A DNA stretch of 64,000 bases from Thermoproteota archaeon (GCA_029258885.1 JAPDJW010000009.1:64001-128000), one strand, 5' to 3'. Numbered from the stretch's first letter, positions 18,571-29,600 are shown. Numbers and translations: made by a program. Notes: generated by a model not told the origin, from the letters alone.

Positions 18571-19950
18571 GTGTCCTGTAGTAAGTATCTTTTAAGGATG
18601 TTTAGGATAGCTAGGTGGAGCAGTTTTCATGATGTAGCTGAGCTAGAGGTTTACATCGAGTGGATGAGAAGGCTTAAAGGAATGGATTTTACGGTATTTA
18701 GGGTAGAGGGCGACGGCAAGGTTGAGAGATACTATGTTCCATTAATATCCTCTAGCAGTATTCCTGAAGGATATCCTAAGGATAGAGCATATAAATTAAA
18801 TTCCCGCTACTTTCTAGAGGCTGAGTACTTTAAGGAGTATACATGGATTATATTTCAGTGCGAACTAGATTGCGACGAGCTGATCGTCAAAGGGAAGCTA
18901 GACCTCAACGACGAGTTTAAGGTAAAACCATTGAATGTAAGCACGACTAACTGTCTCAGTTACATTGGATCGGATACTGTCTCGTATGTTTTAAAGTCTT
19001 ATAGGAAGATACCTAGGGTTAATATTGAGGCTAAGATGCTCTGGAAGCTTACGAGAAGAGGCTTCAGAAATATCCCTAGGCTCTACCTTCAGCTTATACA
19101 TAGAAAGTATGGACCATTATCCATCTATCTCGAGTATGTAGATAGTCTAGGAGATGGCGGTTACCCGTTTGCAGGAAACTTTATTAACTACCTTGAGGGC
19201 AGAGAGCCCGTAGATGTTAAGCTGGCCCGAGAGCTCGGTAAAACCACCGCATACCTACATCTAAATCTTGTGGATCATTATGATGACTTCTTCAAGCCTG
19301 AAAGTATTTCAAGTCTTGACGTAGGGCTGTGGATTAAAAGGATCAAAGGCATCTACCTTAAATTCCGAGAAACTATCCCATGTAGTGGCGATAGGCTACA
19401 TTCAATCCTGGATCTATTTGAATTATACCTAGGCAGGATTAAGGCTAGGACTCATCAGGATTATCACTTAGCACAAATACTGTATGCTAGGGATGGCAGA
19501 TTTGTAATACTGGATTTTGAGGGCGAGCCTAATAGAAGCGACGAGGAGAGGCTCTTAAAGGAGCCATTCTTGAGGGATGTAGCATGTCTGCTGAGGAGCT
19601 TCGACTATCTAATAGCATTTACCCTAGCGTTTAAGAACGGAATTAGCCTTAGGGATGCATGTAATATCCTGCTTAACAAGGAGAAGAGAATATTTAACTG
19701 GTATAGAGAGGTATCCCTAAATCTCCTCGAAAGCTACATTAAAACACTCGGTCCAAAGACTGAGGAGGCTACTGGATTCGACCGAGGTACCTTAGAGGAT
19801 GAAATAGTGCAGCTTTTAGCTCCGTGGATGCTTGAGAAGGCGATATACGAGCTGAAGTACGAACACGACTATAGACCTGAGAATATTATTGTCCCTCTCA
19901 CGGGAATAAAGATGCTGCTTGAGGGAACTCATCCCATATATAGTTTATAA
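18571..19950 (+). CDS. Maltokinase (Mak/Pep2)-like phosphotransferase
   Basis: STTNC, GKTTAYLHLNL, RTHQDYHLAQIL, VILDFEGEPNRS..ER..K...LRDVACLLRSFDY, EKAIYELKYE..YRP. Confidence 0.85.
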   Translation: MSCSKYLLRMFRIARWSSFHDVAELEVYIEWMRRLKGMDFTVFRVEGDGKVERYYVPLISSSSIPEGYPKDRAYKLNSRYFLEAEYFKEYTWIIFQCELDCDELIVKGKLDLNDEFKVKPLNVSTTNCLSYIGSDTVSYVLKSYRKIPRVNIEAKMLWKLTRRGFRNIPRLYLQLIHRKYGPLSIYLEYVDSLGDGGYPFAGNFINYLEGREPVDVKLARELGKTTAYLHLNLVDHYDDFFKPESISSLDVGLWIKRIKGIYLKFRETIPCSGDRLHSILDLFELYLGRIKARTHQDYHLAQILYARDGRFVILDFEGEPNRSDEERLLKEPFLRDVACLLRSFDYLIAFTLAFKNGISLRDACNILLNKEKRIFNWYREVSLNLLESYIKTLGPKTEEATGFDRGTLEDEIVQLLAPWMLEKAIYELKYEHDYRPENIIVPLTGIKMLLEGTHPIYSL

Positions 19951-19969
19951 ATTACCTAATGTGAAATAG

Positions 19970-21262
19970 TTATAAATTAGCTATGTATCTTGTTGATTTC
20001 CCATAGCCTATCCTTTTAACCAAGTCAAGTTGAATAAGCCTATTAATTCTCCGAAGCACGGTATCTTTGCTTACACCCAACCTTGAGGCTAGCTGACTGC
20101 TCGATAAGCTTTCCTCGGCTACTAAATCCATTATTTTCCTTTCAATATCATCTAATGTGGCTACTATCCTGCTAAATGTTAACCTAGTTTCGAAGGAATC
20201 TAAACTATACGTAAGCTTTATCCTGCTTGCCGCACACAACTGTTTCATTCTAATAATCCCTACTCCGTACTTCTCCATAAAGCCCATATCATACATATAC
20301 TGGGATAATATGGGATTCCTAGGCTTATGGGTCGGCTTATCCGGCGAAACTCCGGGAGGGAATGAGCCCGGATTTATAAATACTATCTTAAAGGGGTAAA
20401 TGAACACCCTTACATCTCCCGGATCAAAGTAGTTCCTATGAGTTAGCGCGTTAACTAAAGCCTCCCTCAGAGCCTCCAGTGGATACTCGTACTTCTCAAT
20501 TCTCCTAAAGCCTACTATTGCACCCATCTTAGCCATATATTGCATCATGTAGTTTTCGAAATCCTCAACAATCTTCCATAGCGGGCCAGAGAAATCCCTC
20601 CTATCCATGTATTCAAGCATATCCTCGCCACGAAATACTATTAGCCTAACGTAGGCGTTTGGAATGAGGTCTTGAGGTCTATCGGAGAAGAATAGTATGC
20701 CAGCGTTAGTCGGTTTACCGTTAACGGTAGCACCTATAACTTCAAGTATTCTCCTGTACGGCAGCCTGGGTATATCCACGCCCCTGTTCCTACGCCTTGC
20801 CTCCAGATACATTTCAACATAATCCCTATTTATATCGCTGATATCGGCTCTAGTACATTTCTGCTGATCGAAGTTTATGAGAAGTCTTTCGGCAGCTAGG
20901 GAAACTATCTCTGAAGCCTGCAGTGGCCTGACGTTCCTACCGGACCTTATGTAAGTAACATAGCGGTAAGAATGTATCTCCTTAATCTCCTCAACCTCGA
21001 TAACGAGCACGAGCTTACCGTTAACTACATGCTTATATACCCTAAACCTGGGAGGAGGGGAAATTGATTGAACTACATCGGATATCTCCTGCGAAACATC
21101 AGGAGTACCGACTATATTCCCTCTATCGTCTACTCCTATCAAGATATATCCTCCATGGGTATTAGCAAAAGCACAGATAACCTTAGCTATCTCACTGGAA
21201 AACCTAGCCTTAAATTCTATCCTATCGCTCTCTCCCTTCTCGATAAGCTCACGAATATCTAG
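19970..21262 (-). CDS. AlbA_2 (Schlafen-like) + HATPase_c_4 + C-terminal HTH protein (RecG-C-like); canonical start codon missing
   Basis: The frame continues 40 codons upstream of TTG 21142 as LDIRELIEKGESDRIEFK...AFANTHGGDILIGVDD. Also ALREALVNALTHRNY, NPGSFP, RNPIL and a C-terminal HTH. Confidence 0.85.
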   Translation of the reverse strand, partial: LDIRELIEKGESDRIEFKARFSSEIAKVICAFANTHGGYILIGVDDRGNIVGTPDVSQEISDVVQSISPPPRFRVYKHVVNGKLVLVIEVEEIKEIHSYRYVTYIRSGRNVRPLQASEIVSLAAERLLINFDQQKCTRADISDINRDYVEMYLEARRRNRGVDIPRLPYRRILEVIGATVNGKPTNAGILFFSDRPQDLIPNAYVRLIVFRGEDMLEYMDRRDFSGPLWKIVEDFENYMMQYMAKMGAIVGFRRIEKYEYPLEALREALVNALTHRNYFDPGDVRVFIYPFKIVFINPGSFPPGVSPDKPTHKPRNPILSQYMYDMGFMEKYGVGIIRMKQLCAASRIKLTYSLDSFETRLTFSRIVATLDDIERKIMDLVAEESLSSSQLASRLGVSKDTVLRRINRLIQLDLVKRIGYGKSTRYIANL

Positions 21263-21277
21263 ACTTACATAAGTAAT

Positions 21278-21313
21278 ATTTGCGACGCAAAAGATATCTT
21301 TTGCGTCGCAAAT
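21278..21313. repeat. Perfect 36-bp palindrome
   Basis: ATTTGCGACGCAAAAGAT|ATCTTTTGCGTCGCAAAT, flanked by TAGACTTAC direct repeats at 21260-21268 and 21329-21337. Confidence 0.95.
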
Positions 21314-21371
21314 TAGGCGAAAATATTTTAGACTTACCTATATAAAACAGTTAAATCATCAATAAATATAC

Positions 21372-23924
21372 TTATACTTTGCTCGTAGGCGAAAATCTAC
21401 GTACTGTACTAATCCAAAGAACTAGAAGCGCCACTACAACTATTGCAAAAACCATAATAATTACTACTATTGGCTCCAATGTAAACCCTATGGTGAATGG
21501 CTGTATTTCTCCTCCAGTACTCCCGAAAACTATCCTTATAGTTCCATCGCTATTCATAGAATACTTAAGCTTCACTAACCCCGTCTTATTATCGTATTCC
21601 AGGGATACCAGTTTTCCATTCAATATCGAAATATCGGCGGGTTTCCTACTAGTGTATATGATCAGGCTTTCAGACCCCTTCTTCACCTTAAGCCTGAGAA
21701 CCTTGCTCAATCTGTCGTACAGTAACTCCCTAAATACGACTTTCGAGAAAGGTATGAACTTCCCCTCAAGACCGAAGACGTAGAGACCATCATCTATCTT
21801 CGGACATATTATGAAATACTTTATCTCCATAGGGCCTATGGTTCCCTTAATGACGGTATTCGCATCTGCCAACATGATTTTCTTCTCAAAGAAGCTATAC
21901 ACTAGGGTCTTTCCCGTAACCCCTACCTCGGAAAGACTAAAGCTGAAGCTTCTACTATTGCTACGGTCAATGTTTATAACTGCAACATATATCCATGAAT
22001 ATCCGCTAACGTTGGAATACGTGTAGACGTAGAACACCTTCTCGATAAGCGGGTCATATGTGAAACATTTCTCTAACGGCAACGCTGGAACGTCGGGCTT
22101 TAAAACCTCCCAGTTACTATCAACAAGCATCAATAGAACATCCTTATCCACCACATCTGTTTTAACTAGGAACGCTACAGGACCGGCAGATAAAGACCTC
22201 AATAGGGCTTCCTGAATATAGTAAGGCTCCCTAAACCAACCAGCCTCAACGCTAGGCATCGGATGGAATTTATCCCAGAACGTATAAGCGCCCAACGACC
22301 AGGATAAAAGCTGAGTGAAGCTGTACTGATACCACTCCCAATCATTTCCCTTACCCATACCTAGGAACTCATAGTCGTTGCCACCACGAATAAATATAGT
22401 ATTAACGCTCTCGGGAAGCATCATATACCCCTTAATTCCAGGCATACAGCTCATAATCGAAATATTATACTCCGCAAACGCCTCACTCATGTTAATATAC
22501 CAGGAATCGAAGTAGCCGTATCTGCCCTGAAGCCATATGTGTCCAGCATCCTTCCTATACTCCTCGATAAAATAGTCCTGCCAAGCCACGCAGATGCCCC
22601 AGCTGGAAAAGTTCCTCGCAATATCATAGTAAATCTTAGCAGACCTCGGCCAGGCAGCCAGAACCCTGCCACCCTCGACATACTTGACCCAATCATACCT
22701 CCAGTAGTAGGAGGCGGCAGCTGGACACCAATGGGACATCCAGCATACCATAGGCAGATCGGTAGCCTCAACTATAACTTTAAGTCCATCCCAGCCATCA
22801 TTAGTAGCTACACGGTCAAACCCGAATGAGCTACAGCTCGGCTTCAAAGCCACCTGAGCTACACCCCATTTTAAAACAGGATCACTACCCAGTACCTGCC
22901 AAACATAGTTAGCAGTTGTCCCTGGCCTAATACCCTTTGACCTAAGATAGTTAACCATATCAATGTATTGTTCTGTGGCATTACCGGCATGGAGGATAGG
23001 CCATGCACACAAATACTTTAGGAAAATATTGTTCCACGGCTTAGGTGGATTGGGCTTACTGTAATAAAGCCTCATCAGGGAGCCCCATTTAAGCATCGTA
23101 TCTACTACGCCCTTATCTCCGAATACGATTATAGACGCCATCCTAGAGCTGAAGGGCACCTCCCTTATAGTGGAGTCGAGACATACTGCTATAGCCTGAA
23201 CTCCGTATTCAGTAACTTTTCTAACTAGCAGGTTTCCGAGAGGATAGAGGGGCGAGAGAATGGAATATATATCCCTAGAGTTATGTAGAATTAAGGGAGT
23301 TAATATCGTATACTCATTAATGCCTCTAAACCATTCCCTGAAGCCTTCCTCAGCCCTAGCTACGACCGTTCTAAGCCAATATTCATTATTCGGAGTATAT
23401 GCAAAGACGTATAGGTTTGAAACATTACACTTATGAGAGTAAAATATAGGAAATCTTATGGCAGCAATTTCTTCGGGGCCATAACATTTAAATGTATTAG
23501 CGAACAGCAATTCGAAAACTAATGCCGGCTCATCCTGATATACCTTAAATATCGTATAAAATGATAGAGTTAATCTCCTAACGGTTTTAAGATGCCAAAA
23601 AACTCTCAGACACTTGTATCTGCCTAGAGCATCACTTCCCTCTTTCTCTGTAACATCTACAATCCTAAACCTTTCCGACAGCTTTTTCTCTATAGGATTA
23701 TAGGATACATACCTAACTCCCTCCTCAAAGATGCTTAAGTATCCTAGTCCATAGAATGCATAGCCCCTATAGCTAACCTCATATGTTCCAGTTTTAGAGT
23801 TAAATAGGAAAGCAATATTGTGTTTAGTACTATTAATGATATATGTGCTGACATCTAATGCGAAAATACGTATAAGGCTAAGTAGCAACAATAAAGAGAG
23901 TATTGTTGAAAAGGCTTTACCCAT
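21372..23924 (-). CDS. Membrane-anchored putative glycoside hydrolase (TIM barrel, clan GH-D/GH36-like)
   Basis: Signal peptide; N-terminal beta domain; VAWQDYF, SIMSCM, IRGGNDY, RSLSAGPV and LKPDVPALP resemble GH-D barrels; C-terminal TM. The family is not securely assigned. Confidence 0.5.
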   Translation of the reverse strand: MGKAFSTILSLLLLLSLIRIFALDVSTYIINSTKHNIAFLFNSKTGTYEVSYRGYAFYGLGYLSIFEEGVRYVSYNPIEKKLSERFRIVDVTEKEGSDALGRYKCLRVFWHLKTVRRLTLSFYTIFKVYQDEPALVFELLFANTFKCYGPEEIAAIRFPIFYSHKCNVSNLYVFAYTPNNEYWLRTVVARAEEGFREWFRGINEYTILTPLILHNSRDIYSILSPLYPLGNLLVRKVTEYGVQAIAVCLDSTIREVPFSSRMASIIVFGDKGVVDTMLKWGSLMRLYYSKPNPPKPWNNIFLKYLCAWPILHAGNATEQYIDMVNYLRSKGIRPGTTANYVWQVLGSDPVLKWGVAQVALKPSCSSFGFDRVATNDGWDGLKVIVEATDLPMVCWMSHWCPAAASYYWRYDWVKYVEGGRVLAAWPRSAKIYYDIARNFSSWGICVAWQDYFIEEYRKDAGHIWLQGRYGYFDSWYINMSEAFAEYNISIMSCMPGIKGYMMLPESVNTIFIRGGNDYEFLGMGKGNDWEWYQYSFTQLLSWSLGAYTFWDKFHPMPSVEAGWFREPYYIQEALLRSLSAGPVAFLVKTDVVDKDVLLMLVDSNWEVLKPDVPALPLEKCFTYDPLIEKVFYVYTYSNVSGYSWIYVAVINIDRSNSRSFSFSLSEVGVTGKTLVYSFFEKKIMLADANTVIKGTIGPMEIKYFIICPKIDDGLYVFGLEGKFIPFSKVVFRELLYDRLSKVLRLKVKKGSESLIIYTSRKPADISILNGKLVSLEYDNKTGLVKLKYSMNSDGTIRIVFGSTGGEIQPFTIGFTLEPIVVIIMVFAIVVVALLVLWISTVRRFSPTSKV

Positions 23925-24091
23925 AACTATGTGTTAGTATAATAGCAAAATAAGCTTAACGAAGCTTCTTACTTAAGGCGGTTGAAATCACAGAATCTAT
24001 ATGTAGCGTAATTCCTTTAAATACGTAAAGATAAAACTAAATGCATTAGCTAAAGTCGATAAATGGCGGAAAATCTTAGCAGCATTATGTT

Positions 24092-24107
24092 AAAACTTAT
24101 ATACTCT
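24092..24107 (+). promoter_or_regulatory. BRE/TATA-like promoter, identical 16-mer also at 31113-31128
   Basis: AAAACTTATATACTCT, 47 bp upstream of ATG 24155. Confidence 0.65.
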
Positions 24108-24154
24108 AAAGAATAGAATAATTTTGCATATTAGAGTTTTCGGGTGAAGATTTT

Positions 24155-25390
24155 ATGAGGAAGAGTATTTGGATTCTAGCATTACTGCTTTTATCGATAT
24201 CTCTGCCTGCTCTAGTCCGTTCGCAACCTCAATGGGTAACTATTACAGACAACACAATTGTAGCTGAGAACAACTATTACAAGATAACGTTCAACCTAGA
24301 AGTCGGTGGCAGGCTTTCAAGCTGGATAGTAAAGGCTATAGATAAGGATGTAGTTTCTCCCTATCTTCCATTCAACTTAGAGATAGCATTATACTCTGAT
24401 CCAAACGAAATGTATCCATATGCGCAGCAGTTTAAGCCTTGGACCGGAAAGATAACTACAGTTTCTGACGATGTGGTAGTAGTGGAGCTCTGGCCAATAT
24501 ACGACGAAAACGTAACGACACATCTAGAAGGTCTCCTCATAAACGAGACGGTAATATTCTATAAGAACAAGCCATACATAGACGTAATATTCAAGCTGAC
24601 AAACCCAACAAACGATACAGTATACTTAGCTGGCAAGGCTTGGAACTGGCTGGACTTCGGCTTCGGAATAAACATAAACTCCTATGTTGAGGGAGAATCC
24701 ACTGATGATTTCGTACAGATATTCTGTGTCGTAAACGCCACAGGAACATATATTGAAACTGGAAAATGGCATTGGGTAGGAATGGGTCCATGGAGCCATG
24801 GTGAGGGAGCATTCTTCCCATGGGCTGGAATAATAAACGAGAAGCTTAACATAATAGTAGCTGCAAGAGCCTTAGAGCCAAACGGAGTATGGCATATAAA
24901 CTTTGAGAGAGATTACTACGGCTCGCCTGCAATAAGAGCTATGCTAAGATTCAAATCCACATACATAGCTCCAGGAGGTTCAGTGACCTTCGCCTTCAGA
25001 CTAATAGCGACAACGATAGATGATGTACTAGGCACAGAGGAAGCTGGATTAATAGGCTTCGCCAACAAATATAACCCAGGAGCATATGAAGGATTAAAGC
25101 AAGCATCGGAGACAATAACACAGTTACAGTCCCAGATATCAAACCTACAGACACAGATTACACAACTTGAGGAGCAGGTAACAAGCCTACAGGATCAGGT
25201 AAACACTCTACAGAGTGAGCTTTCAGCTAAAACTAGCGAGCTTGAAACAACAAAGTCCGAGTTAGATAAGACAAAGAGTGAGTTAGCTCAGGCACGGTCG
25301 ATGCAGCCAGCGTACCTCGTAGGAGGCTTAATAGTAGGCATCATTATTGGAGTTATTGTAGCAAAATTCCTATTTAAGCCCAAAAAATAA
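24155..25390 (+). CDS. Anchored surface protein: galactose-mutarotase-like beta-supersandwich, coiled-coil stalk, C-terminal TM
   Basis: Signal peptide; ENNYYKITFNLEVGGRLSSW; about 60-aa heptad stalk (ITQLQSQISNLQTQITQL...); TM plus KPKK. Confidence 0.6.
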   Translation: MRKSIWILALLLLSISLPALVRSQPQWVTITDNTIVAENNYYKITFNLEVGGRLSSWIVKAIDKDVVSPYLPFNLEIALYSDPNEMYPYAQQFKPWTGKITTVSDDVVVVELWPIYDENVTTHLEGLLINETVIFYKNKPYIDVIFKLTNPTNDTVYLAGKAWNWLDFGFGININSYVEGESTDDFVQIFCVVNATGTYIETGKWHWVGMGPWSHGEGAFFPWAGIINEKLNIIVAARALEPNGVWHINFERDYYGSPAIRAMLRFKSTYIAPGGSVTFAFRLIATTIDDVLGTEEAGLIGFANKYNPGAYEGLKQASETITQLQSQISNLQTQITQLEEQVTSLQDQVNTLQSELSAKTSELETTKSELDKTKSELAQARSMQPAYLVGGLIVGIIIGVIVAKFLFKPKK

Positions 25391-25480
25391 ATTTCTTTTT
25401 TATTACTAACTTATACGTATCCTGCGTGGGTCTTAAGGTGAGTAAAGTTTAAATTAATATAAAACTCTATATTTCTCAAG

Positions 25481-26593
25481 GTGATTTTTATGAATAAATC
25501 TATTACCGTGACTATACTTTTGCTAGTATTCACATTGTCCATGTTAAAACCTACATTAGTATATCCGCAACCTCAGGCTCTAGCGTATGTCGATAAGGGT
25601 AAGGTTGTACTTGAAAATGATGCTATTAAAGTATACTTTAAGCCTGATGAAGGAGCTAAAATAGTTAGGTGGATTGTAAAAACATTAGCTAATGTAACAC
25701 CCATAACTGAGTCTAGGTATCCATATGAATGGATACCTACCGGAACATGGCCAGGAGAAATATTTAGCGCAAACTTTACTTATCAAATAGTAAAGGAGTC
25801 CGGAGACGAGGCAGTAGTAGAGTTTAAGGTGAACCTAGCCACTGATGCCCCAGGATTGGAGTTCACGAAAATTGTTACCATAAAGGCAGGCGAACACTAC
25901 TGGATAAACATAACATACATCCTCGATAATAAGGGCACAGCGGCGCTCAAAATACAGAACCCACCCGCATGGGGAAGGAAGGCTGGCTTCATGATTGAAA
26001 TAGGCGCTAAAATAGGCCGCAACGATACTAATGATATTCAGATATGGAAGTTCGTCGGTCAGGATCCAATAATAACTAAAGAATCTTGGGTAGTATACCC
26101 ATTAGATAAAACTCCCACCGACACCGAGTGGATAGGATTATTTGATAATTCGACCGATGCCAATATGGTAGATAATGCAACCTATGGATTATTCATAGGG
26201 TTAAAATTGCTGGATCCGTCGGAGGGATGTTTTATATGGCTTGAGGCAGCGGCTGGGTGGACGTCCATTAGAACTGAGCTGAAGCCGCTCACCCTAGAGC
26301 CAGGCCAAGCTAAGATCTACAAGACTATATGGTACTGTGGTCCGATATGGAAGGAATACCTAGAGGAAGCAGGATTCAATGGAGTATTTGAAGCTATAAA
26401 GCCCTCAAACCTACCTGAGGAGCCTCCAGGGGAGAAGAAGGTTGAGGAGAAGCCTAAGGAAATTATACCACCAACAGCCTTACCGTTACAGCTTACATGG
26501 AGCAATATTGTATGGATAGTGGTTGGAATACTAGCTGCTGTAGGTTTCATATTCCTAAAGATTAAGGCCAGAAAGGCTAGGAGTACATCCTAA
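25481..26593 (+). CDS. Anchored surface protein, paralogous beta-supersandwich domain, Pro/Glu/Lys linker, C-terminal TM
   Basis: ENDAIKVYFKPDEGAKIVRW aligns with the preceding gene; PEEPPGEKKVEEKP linker; TM. Confidence 0.6.
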   Translation: MIFMNKSITVTILLLVFTLSMLKPTLVYPQPQALAYVDKGKVVLENDAIKVYFKPDEGAKIVRWIVKTLANVTPITESRYPYEWIPTGTWPGEIFSANFTYQIVKESGDEAVVEFKVNLATDAPGLEFTKIVTIKAGEHYWINITYILDNKGTAALKIQNPPAWGRKAGFMIEIGAKIGRNDTNDIQIWKFVGQDPIITKESWVVYPLDKTPTDTEWIGLFDNSTDANMVDNATYGLFIGLKLLDPSEGCFIWLEAAAGWTSIRTELKPLTLEPGQAKIYKTIWYCGPIWKEYLEEAGFNGVFEAIKPSNLPEEPPGEKKVEEKPKEIIPPTALPLQLTWSNIVWIVVGILAAVGFIFLKIKARKARSTS

Positions 26594-26605
26594 TAGGGTG
26601 AAGCA

Positions 26606-29600
26606 TTGAAAAAGTCTATTTTTATAATAGCCTTACTTATACTTACAATTGCCTTGAGGTTCGGTTTAGCCGATCCATCAGCTTCAGTCAGCATAGATGA
26701 CATCGTCGATTATGTTGAGAAGATAAATGGCTTTAAGCCTAGATTCACGGGATACGAGGGCTGTAGGGAGGCGGCTAGATATATCTTTAATGAGTTTTCA
26801 AAATACCTAGACAACGTTACCTGGGAGACCTACCCTATATTAATACCGTACGATGCTGGTTCCACATTGATTGTTAAAGTCGGCGGTGAGGAGTATTCCT
26901 TTAAGGTATATCCATTTCTACCCAATGATGTACAGACATGCTACGGAGAATATGAGGGAAAATTAGTCTACGTAGGGGATGCAAGCTATACTAGCCTGAA
27001 CGGTAAGGAACTTAATGGAAGCATAGCTGTAGTTGAATTAGACTGCTATATTAGCTGGGTTAGGCTGATAGACTTCGGAGTAAAGGCTGTAGTATTCATA
27101 CCTAAATATGATGTGAATAGGCTTCAAATGGAGGGTAAATACCTAGATATACCCGTAAAGTTTCCAAGAGCGTTATTATCGCTTAATGATAGAGAAAGGA
27201 TAATACGCTTACTTAGGGAGAATATGGAACTGGAAGCCAAGCTTAAAATAGGTATGAAGTGGGAGGTTAAGAGTTGTGACGTAATATACGGCTACATAAA
27301 TGGAGCAAGTAAACCCGATGAAGTGGTGGTGCTACTTTCCCATTTCGATTCCTACTCGTGGGCTCCATCTCTTCCCACGGGAGCTTCTGATGCAATAGGT
27401 ATATCGATACTAATGGAGCTTGCAAGAGTATTCTCTGTAAATAGGCCTGAAAGAAGCATACTATTCGTAGCTGTATCGGGACATTACCAGGGACTTTATG
27501 GCACGAGGATGTTTATTGAGAGACATATTTTAAATGAAAGCGATAGGCTCAATCTTCTAGCTTCAAATAAGAAGATCTTCGTAATCGATCTAAAAGTATT
27601 TGACGATGATTCCAGGGTATCCTTCCTATATGTCTCGTACTTCTATGATGCATCAACAGGAGGAATATCTGTTAGTGCTAGACAGAGGTACGTTGAAGTA
27701 GCTAAAGGTATAGACAAAGTACTAGACTATCTGAGCTCAAACATGCCTGAAGGCTTAGATGAGGAGTACATAAGTCACGAATATGAAATGCTGAGTATAA
27801 GTCAGGGAACAAACGATTGGCAGAGGTTATTTCCACGCCCAATACACATCGATGCTGAAGCATTCTTCAGGGTGGGATTAGCTAGCGTATGCTTTCATAC
27901 CGCATACAGCTTCAGAAAATATCTTGGAACGGAGCTTGATACACCGGAGAGGATAAACTGGGAAAACGTCCTGAAACAAGCGGTATTTATTGAAAGCGTG
28001 GTAAATACTATAGTAAACGATGTTAAATATGGTTTTTTTGAAAATTTAGTTTCAGGATTAGCTACAACTGGACCTAAGAGATCGGGCAGCTATGGTGAGT
28101 CATTTGGGGATTTTGTAGGCAAAATTGTCACATGGGATCCGGATAAGGCAAACTGGGTTCCATTGTCGGAAGCTGGGCTAAAACCAGCTATTGTCTCAAT
28201 TAGATTAGGCGGAGCTACCTTCTCCGGATCCCAGTGGAACGTAAGATTCTACCTATTAACTGATAAAGACGGAGTCTTCACGTTAAATGGTTCGCTCATA
28301 GGCTGGGGAGCCAGCTATGAGGTTAGAGCATACATAATGGATGAAAACTATAACATTATCTATGTTTCAGACTTCGGTAGGCATGGAGGTGAAGTCTGGT
28401 CCAACACTTTTCTCCTAAACGCTCCAATAGTGGGAAGCAAGGATAATCCAAGACTTTTTGTAGTATTCAAGGCATCCGGCATAGTACTGCCTAAAATACT
28501 GGATCCTCTAGTGGTATCCGAACCTCTCTCACAGTCAAACAACCTGTATCCGGATGGAGCATACGAGAACAGCTTTAGTATTGAAGTTCTAGAAGAGGAT
28601 ACGGGCGTACCCCCGGACGCTTACTCCTGGTATATGGATCCGAAGGGTATTGGAGTAGTATTTCTTCAACCCAACTCAAAGGCTCTCGTGGTAATGAGAA
28701 CTAAGGGAAGAGAATACCCGATAGGTTTCATAATAGTTAACTCAGGAGATGCTGGAACAGAAGCTATCTATACGAGATTTCTTGAGAGGATATCCTTAAG
28801 CGTTATGAAGCTAGCCTTAGAGAGGAGAAATAGGCTGAAGAGCTTTGGTGTAACAAACTATATGCTTGAAAAATTCATATCCATGGCTAGTGAAAAGGAG
28901 GCTAAACTCCAAGCCTTAATTGAAGATAAACGCTATGATGAATACTTTGTTGAGTCGGTCGATTTACTGGGGTTAGCATACAATTCATATGCCTTCTCCA
29001 GAGGCCTTTACATGGACGTGATACTCTCAACAGTATTGCTCTTCATACTAATACTTGTCTTCTCAATACTGCTCGAAAAGACTTTAACTGGAGATAAGAG
29101 TGCTAAAATAAGAGCGTTTTCGCTCATATCGATATTTACCGTAACTCTAGTAACCTTATCAATACTTCATCCGGGCTTCACTTTAGCAGCAAATATTATA
29201 ATGGTTGAAATAGGCTTCGTAATGCTACTATTCATAGGCTTAATACTATTCATACTATTCCTGGAGTTCACAGTCTTTCTCCAAACATATAGGAGGGAGA
29301 GGCTCGGCGTCCACTTCATGGAATCCAGAGGAATAGAGGTCGGAGTTCTAGCGATGTCCACGGGAACGGAGTACATGAAGAGGAGGAAAATTAGAACCCT
29401 ATTAACGCTAATATCGATAACAGTAATAGCGTTCGCTCTAGTCACCTTCACATCCGGACAGACGATGATCGTAATCACGCCTAAAGTTTTCGAGCCTGAA
29501 CTTAAGAAGACGCTATACAACGGCATACTCTTGGAGAGAATAGCTACCGTTAACAATCCTCTATCGATAGAGCTATACGAATACCTAAAAATCAAGCTTA

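Noticed and set aside
25100-25300. Heptad repeats in the 24155 gene as a tandem DNA repeat or SMC-like protein
   Set aside because: Periodicity is at protein level only; it is an ordinary coiled-coil stalk with no ATPase motifs.
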